The notes under the pieces: model-generated
The model's input: only the letters and a program-made list of their open reading frames with translations
What the model was told of the DNA's origin: nothing
The model's database searches: none
NCBI GenBank assembly: GCA_036802685.1
Contig: DAIRVS010000005.1
Coordinates: 10,027 to 71,880, forward strand
Reading direction: 5' to 3'
Length of the DNA: 61,854 nt
Source of the DNA: Myxococcota bacterium
Lineage (GTDB): Bacteria > Myxococcota_A > Polyangia > HGW-17
Translations under genes and position numbers: made by a program
In this document: positions 1 through 10,562 of the stretch, one piece after another
Position numbering within the stretch: position 1 is the first letter of the stretch
How the letters are laid out: every line of letters begins with the position of its first letter

Positions 1-80
1 AAGCTGCCTGGAGTGCGAAGCTGCCTGGAGTGCGAAGCTGCCTGGAGTGCGAAGCTGCCTGGAGTGCGAAGCACTCCAAG
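1..80. repeat. Tandem 17-bp repeat (GCCTGGAGTGCGAAGCT) ending in a REP-like hairpin GGAGTGC-GAA-GCACTCC
   Basis: Units at 6-22, 23-39 and 40-56, a partial unit at 1-5, and a final unit from 57 that extends into the perfect hairpin at 61-77. The array probably continues beyond the window start. Confidence 0.9.
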
Positions 81-108
81 CGGCTGACCCGCGCAGCGGG
101 TCAGCCGC
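80..108 (-). terminator. Stem-loop overlapping the stop codon of the gltG-like paralog (terminator or mRNA 3' stabiliser)
   Basis: Perfect 13-bp inverted repeat GCGGCTGACCCGC (80-92) / GCGGGTCAGCCGC (96-108) with a 3-nt loop. No clear U-tract, so intrinsic termination is uncertain. Confidence 0.5.
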
Positions 109-1747
109 CAGGTTGCAGGGTCCACGCGTAGGAGATCTTCGCCAGGCCACCCTCGGGTTGGGGGAAGCGCCAGGTCTGGATGCGCCCGCAGATGCACTGG
201 CCGACGGACGAGACCGAGAGGTTCTCCTCGACCCGGCACTCCATCGCCCGACCGCCGGGGTTGAGATGGAAGACGACACGCACGACGCCGGCGGAGCGGT
301 CGTTCTCGAGCAGGCCCTTCTGGTAGCAGTGGTGCACTTCGTTGCGGTGGGCTCGGATCACGGCGCGGACCTCGTTGGGATCGAGCTTGCCGGAGATCTC
401 GGGGCGTCCGTCGCGGAGGATGGGCTCGCGGCGGTTCCGTCCGGGGAGATCGGCCAGGCGCGGGGGGCCGGAGCGGTCCGAGGAGAAGATGCCGCCCCAG
501 CCCGTGTTTGGGTTGCCCCCAATGGCCAGGCTACCGGAGGAGGGCTGTCCGCCGGGGCCGCCACGGGGTCCGAAGTTGCCGTCGGGATCCAACTCGCCGC
601 CATCGAAGTCGGCGAGCAGATCCGACAGGTTTTCGGTCTCCTGACCGAACACGGAGTTGCTGGCCGTGAGGCTGGCGGTCATGGCCGACACCGAGGATGC
701 GAGGACGTTGGCCACGCCGATCCCCTGCTGGGTGGGAACCCTAGAAGCCGGACCGGAGGGGCCGCTCTCGGTCCGACGGGGGTCGCTGGGCCCCTCTTTC
801 GCGGTCTTGGGAGACGCAGGAACGGGCTCGAAGATCGGCTTGAGTTTCTCTTGGTCTTTCAATTGGGCCTCCTGCAGTTGTTTCTTCTTTTCGGCGACTA
901 GGTCGGGCGCCTTGACGTAGCGCTGAACCACGATCTCCTGGCTCTCCACCCGGTCGCTGAAGATAGGATCTTCGGTCAGCCGGTTCAGGTAGGCCGCCGA
1001 AGCCAGCCCGACGACCAGCGAGATGGCCAGACAGGCGGTGAAGAGCCCGGCTCTGGCACCGAGGGGCAGTTTGAGGGAGGCAGGCGCGCTGCGGGAGAAG
1101 ACCCAGACCTGCTCGTCCTGTTCGATTCGGACCTCGCGGAACGCATCCAGCAGGAAAGATTGGACGACCGGCGATTCAGCATGGCCACGGGTCTGCGCGA
1201 ACTGGGCCAGGGTGAATACCTGTCCGTCATCCAGGTGGACCAGGCCGTTCATTCCCAGGCAAACCTGGAAACGGCAGGCGAGGGAGTCCTCGATGGAGGC
1301 CAGCGCAAAGCGCGGTTCCGGGAGCCTGCGCGAGGAGCAGACCCAGGAGGAGGCCGGGTCCTCGCCGATGGTGAAACTGGAGCTCAAGTGCCGCAGCAGC
1401 GCCGCCCGAGCGAGGCCGGAAAAGACCAGCACGCCGCCGACGAGGGCCAGGGCTAGGGCCGCGAGCTCCAGGGTGAGGTCCCCGCGTACGGCCGGCACCA
1501 GTTTTTCGGACAGTCCGCGATCCTTGGCGATGTCGAGCCAGATCGCCCGGACGGTCTGTTCCTGGGCCACCAGGCGCACGGCCATGATCCCCAGCGTGGC
1601 CGCGCCGGCCAGCAACAGGGCTCCGGCCCCTCCGAGCATCCACGGCAGGCGCTTCGTCCAGAGTCCCGGCTCTGGGACGAGCAGCGTGGCCTTCTCGGGA
1701 CGATGCCGGACCTCGGTGCGCACGTAGACGGAGTTTTTGTTTTCCAT
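101..1747 (-). CDS. GltG/PglI-like membrane protein with C-terminal TonB-like domain, lacking FHA (paralog of 2225..4345)
   Basis: 548-aa ORF with three hydrophobic segments. The C-terminus SGKLDPNEVRAVIRAHRNEVHHCYQKGLL...CICGRIQTWRFPQPEGGLAKISYAWTLQPGG is nearly identical to that of the neighbouring FHA-TonB protein. Confidence 0.8.
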   Translation of the reverse strand: MENKNSVYVRTEVRHRPEKATLLVPEPGLWTKRLPWMLGGAGALLLAGAATLGIMAVRLVAQEQTVRAIWLDIAKDRGLSEKLVPAVRGDLTLELAALALALVGGVLVFSGLARAALLRHLSSSFTIGEDPASSWVCSSRRLPEPRFALASIEDSLACRFQVCLGMNGLVHLDDGQVFTLAQFAQTRGHAESPVVQSFLLDAFREVRIEQDEQVWVFSRSAPASLKLPLGARAGLFTACLAISLVVGLASAAYLNRLTEDPIFSDRVESQEIVVQRYVKAPDLVAEKKKQLQEAQLKDQEKLKPIFEPVPASPKTAKEGPSDPRRTESGPSGPASRVPTQQGIGVANVLASSVSAMTASLTASNSVFGQETENLSDLLADFDGGELDPDGNFGPRGGPGGQPSSGSLAIGGNPNTGWGGIFSSDRSGPPRLADLPGRNRREPILRDGRPEISGKLDPNEVRAVIRAHRNEVHHCYQKGLLENDRSAGVVRVVFHLNPGGRAMECRVEENLSVSSVGQCICGRIQTWRFPQPEGGLAKISYAWTLQPGG

Positions 1748-1867
1748 GACTCACCAGCCTTTCCTGTGTGGAGCTTTCTTCGTCAGAAGCGAAACGAAGC
1801 TTGTACTTCCTGGGGAATATACGAGGTTGTCAGGTCAACCTTGCGCAGGAATTTGCCGGGACTTGGT

Positions 1868-2007
1868 GGACATGAAGACCGCTGGCGCGGTCTTCCGGCG
1901 AACGTGGACGTTCGCCAAATGATGGGACATGAAGACCGCTGGCGCGGTCTTCCGGCGAACGTGGACGTTCGCCAAATGATGGGACATGAAGACCGCTGGC
2001 GCGGTCT
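1868..2007. repeat. 57-bp tandem repeat (about 2.5 copies), each unit with two hairpins
   Basis: Units start at 1868, 1925 and 1982. Hairpins: GAAGACCGC-TGGC-GCGGTCTTC and GGCGAACG-TGGA-CGTTCGCC. Confidence 0.9.
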
Positions 2008-2043
2008 ACTCTGTCTACTTGTATTTCAGAAGCAGGATTCGTC

Positions 2044-2203
2044 ACGCCCGGAGTGCGAAGCAGCCTGGACTTCAGGCCGAAGGCGAGGAAAGATCCGGGG
2101 AGAGAGGTAACGCCCGGAGTGCGAAGCAGCCTGGACTTCAGGCCGAAGGGGAGGAAAGAGCCTGGGAGAGTGGAGTCGCGCCTGGAGTGCGAAGCACTCC
2201 AAG
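2044..2203. repeat. Imperfect 66-68-bp tandem repeat with GGAGTGCGAAGC core, ending in the same REP-like hairpin as 1..80
   Basis: Core at 2050, 2116 and 2184. The first two units share ACGCCCGGAGTGCGAAGCAGCCTGGACTTCAGGCCGAAGG; the last is GCCTGGAGTGCGAAGCACTCCAAG. Confidence 0.85.
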
Positions 2204-2232
2204 CGGTTGAGCCGCGTCAGCGGATCAACCGC
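2203..2232 (-). terminator. Stem-loop overlapping the gltG stop codon
   Basis: GCGGTTGAGCCGC (2203-2215) / GCGGATCAACCGC (2220-2232), 12 of 13 paired. Homologous to the 80..108 hairpin. Confidence 0.45.
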
Positions 2233-4345
2233 CAGGTTGCAGGGTCCAACTGTAGGAGATCTTGGCGAGACCGCCCTCGGGCTGCGGGAAGCGCCAGGTC
2301 TGAAGGCGCCCGCAGATGCAGTTGCCGACTTCGGCGACGGCCAGGTTCTCCTCGACGCGGCATTCCTGGGCGCGGCCGGCCGGGTTGATCAGGAACACGA
2401 CGCGGACGTTGCCGGAGAGCTTGTCGTTCTGGAGCAGGCCCTTCTGATAGCAGTGATGGACCTCGTTGCGGTGGGCGCGGATGACCGCGCGGACCTCGTT
2501 GGGATCGAGTTTGCCGGAGACCTGGGCCGCGCCCTCACGCATGCTGATGCCGCGCCGTCCGCCGCCGCCGATCTGGCCGAACTTGCCGCCGAGACCGCCG
2601 CCGCCGCCGAGGCCGATGCCGCCCCAGCCGGAGCCGCCGCCGCCGCCGATGCCGAGACCGCCGCCGGCACCGCCGCCGCCGGCGCCGCCACGACCGCCGA
2701 AGCCGCCGTCGACCGCTTCGCCGTCGGGGTCGCCGTCGCCGAGCAGGTCGGAGAGGTCTTCGGTCTCCTGACCGAAGACCGTGTTGGAGGCGGTCAGGGA
2801 GGCCGTCATGGCGCTAATTTGGGAGGCGAGGACGTTGGCCACGCCGATGCCCTGAGGGCCGCTCACACGGCTGATGCCGGCGCCGGCGCCGCCCTGTCCG
2901 GCAGAGGTGGCCGTGCTGCGGGCGTCGCGGGGAGCGGTGGCCTGATCCTTGAGCTGGTTCTCAGCCTTGTAGATCTGCTTTTCCTTTTCCTTGTCTTTCT
3001 GCTTTTCCTGCTCGAGCTGCTTCTTCTTCTCGGCGACGGTGTCAGGCGGCTTGACGATGGCCTTCACTGTGGTCTCCTGCGCTTCCGTGTCGTCGGAAAA
3101 GATGGGATCGTTCTGCAGGTGGACGAAGTACCACGCCAGCAGCGTGGACAGACCGACGGACAGGAGCACGAGCACCATGAACAGACCCTTCTGGAACTTG
3201 AAGGGCAGCGCAAGCCGGGACTGGTTGACGGAGCGAACTACCCACTCGTAGTTGCCGTACTTGATGCGGGCGCTGTGGTTGTCGGGGATCTGGAAGTCGT
3301 AGGTGCCAGGCATGTCAGCGCCGGTGGCGCGCCCCTGCTGAACGAGCTCGGTCAGCATGTACTTGTTGCCGGCCGGGTCGATGACGGAGCCTTCCATCGT
3401 CTCGGTGAAGAGCAAGTGATAGCCTGCCGAGCGGTCAGTGCGGACCAGTGGGAACTTGGGCGCAGGCAGCTGCTTGGAGGTGCAGGTGAACGTGGCCGAG
3501 GGATCCTCACCCACGGTGAAGTTCGCCAGGATCCGGCGGCGAAGATAGACACGGCCAAGGCCGACGTACAGGATGCTCGCGCCGAAGAGGGAGAGCAGGA
3601 TGAAGGCGAGCTCGTAGCCGAAGTCACCCTTCACTTTGGGGACGAACTTGTCCGAGAGGCCGCGGTCCTTGGCGATGTCGCGAATGACGTTGGTGACCCG
3701 CTGCTCTTCCTGGACGATGGCCAGGGACTGGTACCCCGCGAACATGCCGGCCAGCACCAGGACGGCGCCGATGACGATGGCGGCCAAGGGAAGCATGCCG
3801 GCCTTTTCGCCTTCCTTGTGGTCGGTCAGGACGTTGGTCTGCACGGGCAGGTTCTCGAAGTAGGACGTGACGAACACGGCCTGCTTTTTGGAGGTGTCCT
3901 CCAACGCGCTGACGTCCATGGTGCTCAGGCCCTGCAGGGAGGCCGTGGCCGCGAACGAAGGGACCTCGACGCCGCCGGCGGCGGGAGTGGCGGCCGCGAT
4001 CGGTTCGGCGGCCTGGGCCTCGGCGAAGTTGATGGTCAGCAGGGTGTCGCCCAACAGGATTTCGTCACCGGACTTCAGTTTGCACTTGTTGACTTTTTGT
4101 CCGTTGACGATGGTGCCGCGTTGGGAGACGACGTCGGACACGAAGACCTCACCCTCGGGCGTGGTCTGGATGAAGGCGTGCATCAGGCCGACGGTCTCGT
4201 CATCGAGGCGGAGATCGGCTGCGGGACCCTTGCCGACCTTGATGACGTCCTGTTCGAAAGCGGCTTCCTTCAGGAAAAGGGGCTTTCCAGACGGCTCCTT
4301 GCGATAGATCTTAAAACTGATTGGAATCGATCCATTTTCTCCCAT
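2225..4345 (-). CDS. gltG: FHA-domain / TonB C-terminal domain gliding-complex protein (GltG/PglI-like)
   Basis: 706 aa. N-terminal FHA-like fold (IKVGKG...HAFI...SQRGTIVNGQKV...LKSGDEILLGDT), TM segments, charged and Gly-rich linker, TonB-like C-terminal domain. Lies directly downstream of a gltF-like gene, as in the M. xanthus gltF-gltG pair. Confidence 0.75.
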   Translation of the reverse strand: MGENGSIPISFKIYRKEPSGKPLFLKEAAFEQDVIKVGKGPAADLRLDDETVGLMHAFIQTTPEGEVFVSDVVSQRGTIVNGQKVNKCKLKSGDEILLGDTLLTINFAEAQAAEPIAAATPAAGGVEVPSFAATASLQGLSTMDVSALEDTSKKQAVFVTSYFENLPVQTNVLTDHKEGEKAGMLPLAAIVIGAVLVLAGMFAGYQSLAIVQEEQRVTNVIRDIAKDRGLSDKFVPKVKGDFGYELAFILLSLFGASILYVGLGRVYLRRRILANFTVGEDPSATFTCTSKQLPAPKFPLVRTDRSAGYHLLFTETMEGSVIDPAGNKYMLTELVQQGRATGADMPGTYDFQIPDNHSARIKYGNYEWVVRSVNQSRLALPFKFQKGLFMVLVLLSVGLSTLLAWYFVHLQNDPIFSDDTEAQETTVKAIVKPPDTVAEKKKQLEQEKQKDKEKEKQIYKAENQLKDQATAPRDARSTATSAGQGGAGAGISRVSGPQGIGVANVLASQISAMTASLTASNTVFGQETEDLSDLLGDGDPDGEAVDGGFGGRGGAGGGGAGGGLGIGGGGGSGWGGIGLGGGGGLGGKFGQIGGGGRRGISMREGAAQVSGKLDPNEVRAVIRAHRNEVHHCYQKGLLQNDKLSGNVRVVFLINPAGRAQECRVEENLAVAEVGNCICGRLQTWRFPQPEGGLAKISYSWTLQPGG

Positions 4346-4420
4346 GGGTACAACCCTCCAATTCGCAGGCCCTGCACCTGCGAGGAAAAGGTGAAATTAC
4401 CTCAAGTTTTCAAACACGCT

Positions 4421-4669
4421 TTACAGGTCTTCCGCGGACATGATCATCTCGTTGATGAAGTTGTCGCGGAACTGGATCAGCGAGTTCAGAATGGAGATCT
4501 TGCGGCCGGACATGAAGTCCCCGTCCGGTCCCATGAGCTCACCGTCCAGGCTCTCGCTACCGAGGTCGTACGACTCGGTGATCTTCTCCTTGGCCTGGCC
4601 GAAGGCGACGGTCGGGCCGGCGAACGCGAACGCCAGAAAAACCGAGAAAAACAGAGCTTTGATCTTCAT
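4421..4669 (-). CDS. gltF: Small secreted gliding-complex protein, CglF/GltF family
   Basis: 82 aa with signal peptide. The mature part SYDLGSESLDGELMGPDGDFMSGRKISILNSLIQFRDNFINEMIMSAEDL matches the recalled CglF pattern (acidic-I/L-x-G-x-L-x-x-P-D-G...S-L-I-x-x-R-x-x-F). Confidence 0.7.
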   Translation of the reverse strand: MKIKALFFSVFLAFAFAGPTVAFGQAKEKITESYDLGSESLDGELMGPDGDFMSGRKISILNSLIQFRDNFINEMIMSAEDL

Positions 4670-4839
4670 GGCTGCTACTCCTTCGTGAGCGTGAACCGCG
4701 CCATGCTACGCTTTTACCCTCGAAATCTTTCCAATACAATAAAAATTTTCTTGGAAAATGAGGGGGAAAAAGATCGATAACAGGTGCATTGTATTTCCAA
4801 AAAAAGGACCGCGCCGAACGGGGATCGCACGCGACGGGA

Positions 4840-7443
<2,604 letters not shown>

Positions 7444-7473
7444 GATTTCCTCACGCGCGCCAAAGTCTGGGCA

Positions 7474-7502
7474 ACTCTAAAGACATGCCGGACCAAAGTC
7501 AA
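7474..7502 (-). promoter_or_regulatory. Putative sigma70-type promoter of the kinase gene
   Basis: Minus strand TTGACT-N17-TAGAGT about 30 nt upstream of the kinase ATG. Confidence 0.5.
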
Positions 7503-7522
7503 TCCGATATTCCAAGGATTTT

Positions 7523-8737
7523 TCATATTTTACCGGCTCCGGACGGGTGCGTCGTCCCCGGATCCCCGGAGCAGGGGTAAATATTTTTATCAAGCCAATC
7601 CAACCCCTCTTCGAGGTTCTCCTCGGTGAAGAGGCGGATCCCGGAGTCGCCCAGGCGCTGGGCCAGGGGGCCGGGTCCCGGCACACGGGCGCCGCGGCAG
7701 GGGACCCGGAGGGTGCCGCAGGAGGGGCTGTTTTCCTTGAGGAAGGCGGCGAGGACGCCGGCCTCCCGGCACCAGGCGGCGACCCGTTCCACCGCGTCCA
7801 CCAGCGCGTCGGTGACGTCGGTGCCGTGCTCGTCGCGGATCAGCGGTGACCGGGCGCACGCGGGTCCGGGCTCGTTCTCGAGCTGGATCCGGGGGCGCGG
7901 GACGCCGAGCCCGGCGAGGACCTCGGGGCACACGGGGAGCACGTCCAGGCGCCCCAGGGCGCCGATCAACCCGGGGGCGGCGCGGCTCTGCCCGTCGTAG
8001 CGGCAGGGGAAGCCGAGCAGGCAGGCGGACACGGCCACGGCGGGGCGGCCGGGTGCGGCGGGAGAGGGCGGCGCGGTCCCTGCGTGATGGGCGGTGCAGA
8101 AGGCCTCCCAGAGGGGGCGCAGGGGCGCCGGCGGAGAGAAGGTGCGCGCACGGCCGTCCACGATCAGGAGCTCATGACGGCAGAACCGTGCGAGGGTCTC
8201 CGGGTACAGGCGGTGCTCATGCTCCAGGATGCGGGCTAAGAGGGAACCGACGTCCAGATCGGGGGGGACACGGAAGCAGGCCTGATCGAGGATTGGCCCC
8301 GTGTCCATGCCGGCGTCGACCAGATGGACGGTGCAGCCCGCGTACCTCACGCCGGCGGCGTGGGCCTGCTCCTGGGCGTGCAGGCCGGGGAAGGCGGGCA
8401 GCAGGCTCGGGTGGATGTTCAGCACGCGGCCGGGGAAGGCCGAGAGCAGGGTCGGGCCCAGGATGCGCATGTAGCCGGCGAGGGCCACCACGCGGACCCC
8501 GTGGGCGCGCAGGAGGTCCACGAGGCCCTCCTCGAACCGATGTTTCTTCACACCGGGGAGTTTCTCATGGGTGAACGCGGGGATCCCGGCTTCCCGGGCG
8601 AGCTCCAGGGCGGGGGCGCCGGGCTGGTCGGAGACGACGCAGGCGATGCGAAAGGGACAACCGGGACGGCGGGCCCGTGCGATCAGGGCGGCGAGGTTGG
8701 AGCCCCGGCCCGAGACGAGCACGCCGATGGGGGTCAT
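7523..8737 (-). CDS. purN: Phosphoribosylglycinamide formyltransferase fused to a C-terminal DUF523 (TudS thiouracil desulfidase-like) domain
   Basis: ATG at 8737 overlaps the purM stop (ATGA); 404 aa. PurN motifs GVLVSGRGSNL, LAGYMRILG, NIHPSLLPAFPG, VDAGMDTGPI. DUF523 motifs VSACLLGFPCRYDG, CPEVLAGLGVPR, LKENSPSCG. Confidence 0.88.
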   Translation of the reverse strand: MTPIGVLVSGRGSNLAALIARARRPGCPFRIACVVSDQPGAPALELAREAGIPAFTHEKLPGVKKHRFEEGLVDLLRAHGVRVVALAGYMRILGPTLLSAFPGRVLNIHPSLLPAFPGLHAQEQAHAAGVRYAGCTVHLVDAGMDTGPILDQACFRVPPDLDVGSLLARILEHEHRLYPETLARFCRHELLIVDGRARTFSPPAPLRPLWEAFCTAHHAGTAPPSPAAPGRPAVAVSACLLGFPCRYDGQSRAAPGLIGALGRLDVLPVCPEVLAGLGVPRPRIQLENEPGPACARSPLIRDEHGTDVTDALVDAVERVAAWCREAGVLAAFLKENSPSCGTLRVPCRGARVPGPGPLAQRLGDSGIRLFTEENLEEGLDWLDKNIYPCSGDPGTTHPSGAGKI

Positions 8738-9780
8738 GTCCAACCCAGACGGGTGGAGCGGTCTTCCCCCGGCCGCGGCGAGATGGCGCCCACGCGATGG
8801 AAGTTCTCCCCCATTTCCGTGAGTCGGGCGCCCACGGCGCCCTCGTCCTCGGGGTGGACGACCATCAGGAAGCCCAATCCGCAGTTGAACGTGCGGGCCA
8901 GCTCCTGGGGTGCGACTCCGGCGTCCCGGATGCGGGCGAAGACCTCGGGCAGCGGCCACGACGAGGGCTCCAGATCCATGCCCAGGCCGGGCGGCACCGA
9001 GCGCGGCGGGTTTTCAATCAGGCCGCCCCCGGTGACGTGCACCATGCTCTGAACGAGCCCGGCTTCGATGAGGGGTAGGACTTGGTTTACATAAATACGG
9101 GTGGGGGTCAGCAGCTCCTGGCCGACGGTGCGGCCGGTGTCGTCCCAGGGGGCGTCCACGGGGAGTCCGAGCACCTCGAGGAGCATCTTGCGCGCCAGGC
9201 TGTAGCCGTTGGAGTGCAGGCCCGAGGAGGGTAGGGCGATCACCACGTCTCCGGCCCGCACGCGCCCGGCGTCCGGGAGGTTGGCGCGATCCACGACGCC
9301 GACGGCGAAGCCCGCCAGGTCGTACTCCCCGGCCTGGTAAAAACCCGGGAGCTCGGCGGTCTCGCCGCCCAGCAGCACGACTCCGCAGGACGCGCACGCA
9401 TCGTAGATCCCCTGCACGACCTTGGCCGCGACGGGGACCTCCAGTTTTCCGGTGGCGAAATAATCGAGGAAAAACAACGGCTTGGCCCCGCAGACGAGGA
9501 TGTCGTTCACGCTCATGGCGACGAGATCCCAGCCGATGGTGTCGTGGACCCCGGTGGCGAAGGCGAGCTTGAGCTTGGTGCCGACGCCGTCGGTGGAGGC
9601 CACCAGGATCGGCTCCCGGTAACCGGGGGGCAGGGCGAACAGCCCGCCGAAGCCGCCGATGCCGCCGAGCAGGAAGGGACTCTTCTGCGGGCGGGTGATG
9701 CGCTTGATTTCCTGAACCAGAGCGTCGCCCGCGTCGATGCTGACGCCGGCGCTGGCATAATCATGGGTGTTCGTCGTCAT
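8734..9780 (-). CDS. purM: Phosphoribosylformylglycinamidine cyclo-ligase (AIR synthetase)
   Basis: 348 aa. YASAGVSIDAG, GGFGGLF, STDGVGTKL, DYFATGKL, GGETAELPG, SGLHSNGYSL, HVTGGG, RTFNCGLG. Confidence 0.97.
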   Translation of the reverse strand: MTTNTHDYASAGVSIDAGDALVQEIKRITRPQKSPFLLGGIGGFGGLFALPPGYREPILVASTDGVGTKLKLAFATGVHDTIGWDLVAMSVNDILVCGAKPLFFLDYFATGKLEVPVAAKVVQGIYDACASCGVVLLGGETAELPGFYQAGEYDLAGFAVGVVDRANLPDAGRVRAGDVVIALPSSGLHSNGYSLARKMLLEVLGLPVDAPWDDTGRTVGQELLTPTRIYVNQVLPLIEAGLVQSMVHVTGGGLIENPPRSVPPGLGMDLEPSSWPLPEVFARIRDAGVAPQELARTFNCGLGFLMVVHPEDEGAVGARLTEMGENFHRVGAISPRPGEDRSTRLGWT

Positions 9781-9806
9781 GGCGTTTCCTGTCCGGGGTT
9801 GAATAT

Positions 9807-10535
9807 TTAATTCAATCCTTCTTCAGTCGTGGTGGACTGCACCGCGGGGCAGCGGTAGGCCTCTCCGCCGCCTGCATTCGTATCCAGGCAACAGTGGATC
9901 GGGGCGTCCTGGCTCTTGTTGCAGGTGTGGCCCAGATATACCGTGTCCGGGAACGTGGCCGTGGCGCAGGAGCCGATGTTGATGGCCAGGCAACCGTTGC
10001 AGATGGTGATCGGCAGATTGATGCTGTTGGTCTCGATGTCGGACCCGCCGCGCTCGCCCACCAGTTGGATCTTGGCCACGGCCTCGACGAACTGCCCGGC
10101 GCCCACGCTCAGGCGGCCGGCCAGGTTCGGGGGGATCACGTTGACCTGCAGCGAGCGGGTCTCCCCAGGGCTGATCGTCACGAAGGTGTAGTCGGCGAAG
10201 CTGGTGAAGTCAGAGAGTCCGGCGCCGGCTGCGCCCAGGCTCACGTCAATCTGGGCCGACTTCATCTCCACCGCGTTGAGTTCGATACCGTGGCTGTCGA
10301 CGGTGGACTTGAGGTTGTTGGACACCACCAGCCACGCGTAGTACTGCGGTGTGATGCCGTAGGCGGCGGCGCCGATGTCGAGGACACCGTGGCTGACGAA
10401 GTTGTCCGAGATGGTGTTCGACGCCGAGCAGCCCTCCTCGGGGGCCTGGTTCTGCAGGATGACCAGCGAGGAGCTGTTCTCCGCGCAGGCGGTCAGCGCG
10501 ACGACGAGCAGGATGATGAGCGATGCGTGTTTCAT
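9807..10535 (-). CDS. Hypothetical Cys-containing lipoprotein at the end of the pil operon
   Basis: 242 aa, lipobox LTAC, beta-rich core, C-terminal Cys cluster (CNGCL, CATA, HTCN, HCCL, YRCP). Starts 27 nt after the pilQ stop. Confidence 0.8.
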   Translation of the reverse strand: MKHASLIILLVVALTACAENSSSLVILQNQAPEEGCSASNTISDNFVSHGVLDIGAAAYGITPQYYAWLVVSNNLKSTVDSHGIELNAVEMKSAQIDVSLGAAGAGLSDFTSFADYTFVTISPGETRSLQVNVIPPNLAGRLSVGAGQFVEAVAKIQLVGERGGSDIETNSINLPITICNGCLAINIGSCATATFPDTVYLGHTCNKSQDAPIHCCLDTNAGGGEAYRCPAVQSTTTEEGLN

Positions 10536-10562
10536 GAGTCACCTCACCCGGGATCCCAGGGG

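Noticed and set aside
1790-1870. Sigma54 (-24/-12) promoter for gltG' or pilM as a target of the NtrC-like regulator
   Set aside because: The best candidate (CGGCAAATTCCTGC, minus strand) has GG-GC spacing one base short, and no TGGCAC-N5-TTGC was found upstream of pilM.
1868-2203. Possible CRISPR array (palindromic repeats with 57-68-bp period)
   Set aside because: The intervening sequences are identical or similar to each other rather than unique spacers, there are only 2-3 units, and no cas genes are present.
101-2560. Possible diversity-generating retroelement (similar 3' ends of the two gltG paralogs as TR/VR)
   Set aside because: Differences are mostly synonymous third-position changes of all base types, not adenine-specific. 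Both copies are coding, and no reverse transcriptase is present.
7523-8959. 478-aa start for the PurN fusion given in the ORF track (also extended starts for pilP, pdp, miaA, 39402, 46228, 24608 and 30081 ORFs)
   Set aside because: These upstream extensions overlap neighbouring genes and lack homology. Downstream starts with SD or ATGA coupling were used instead.
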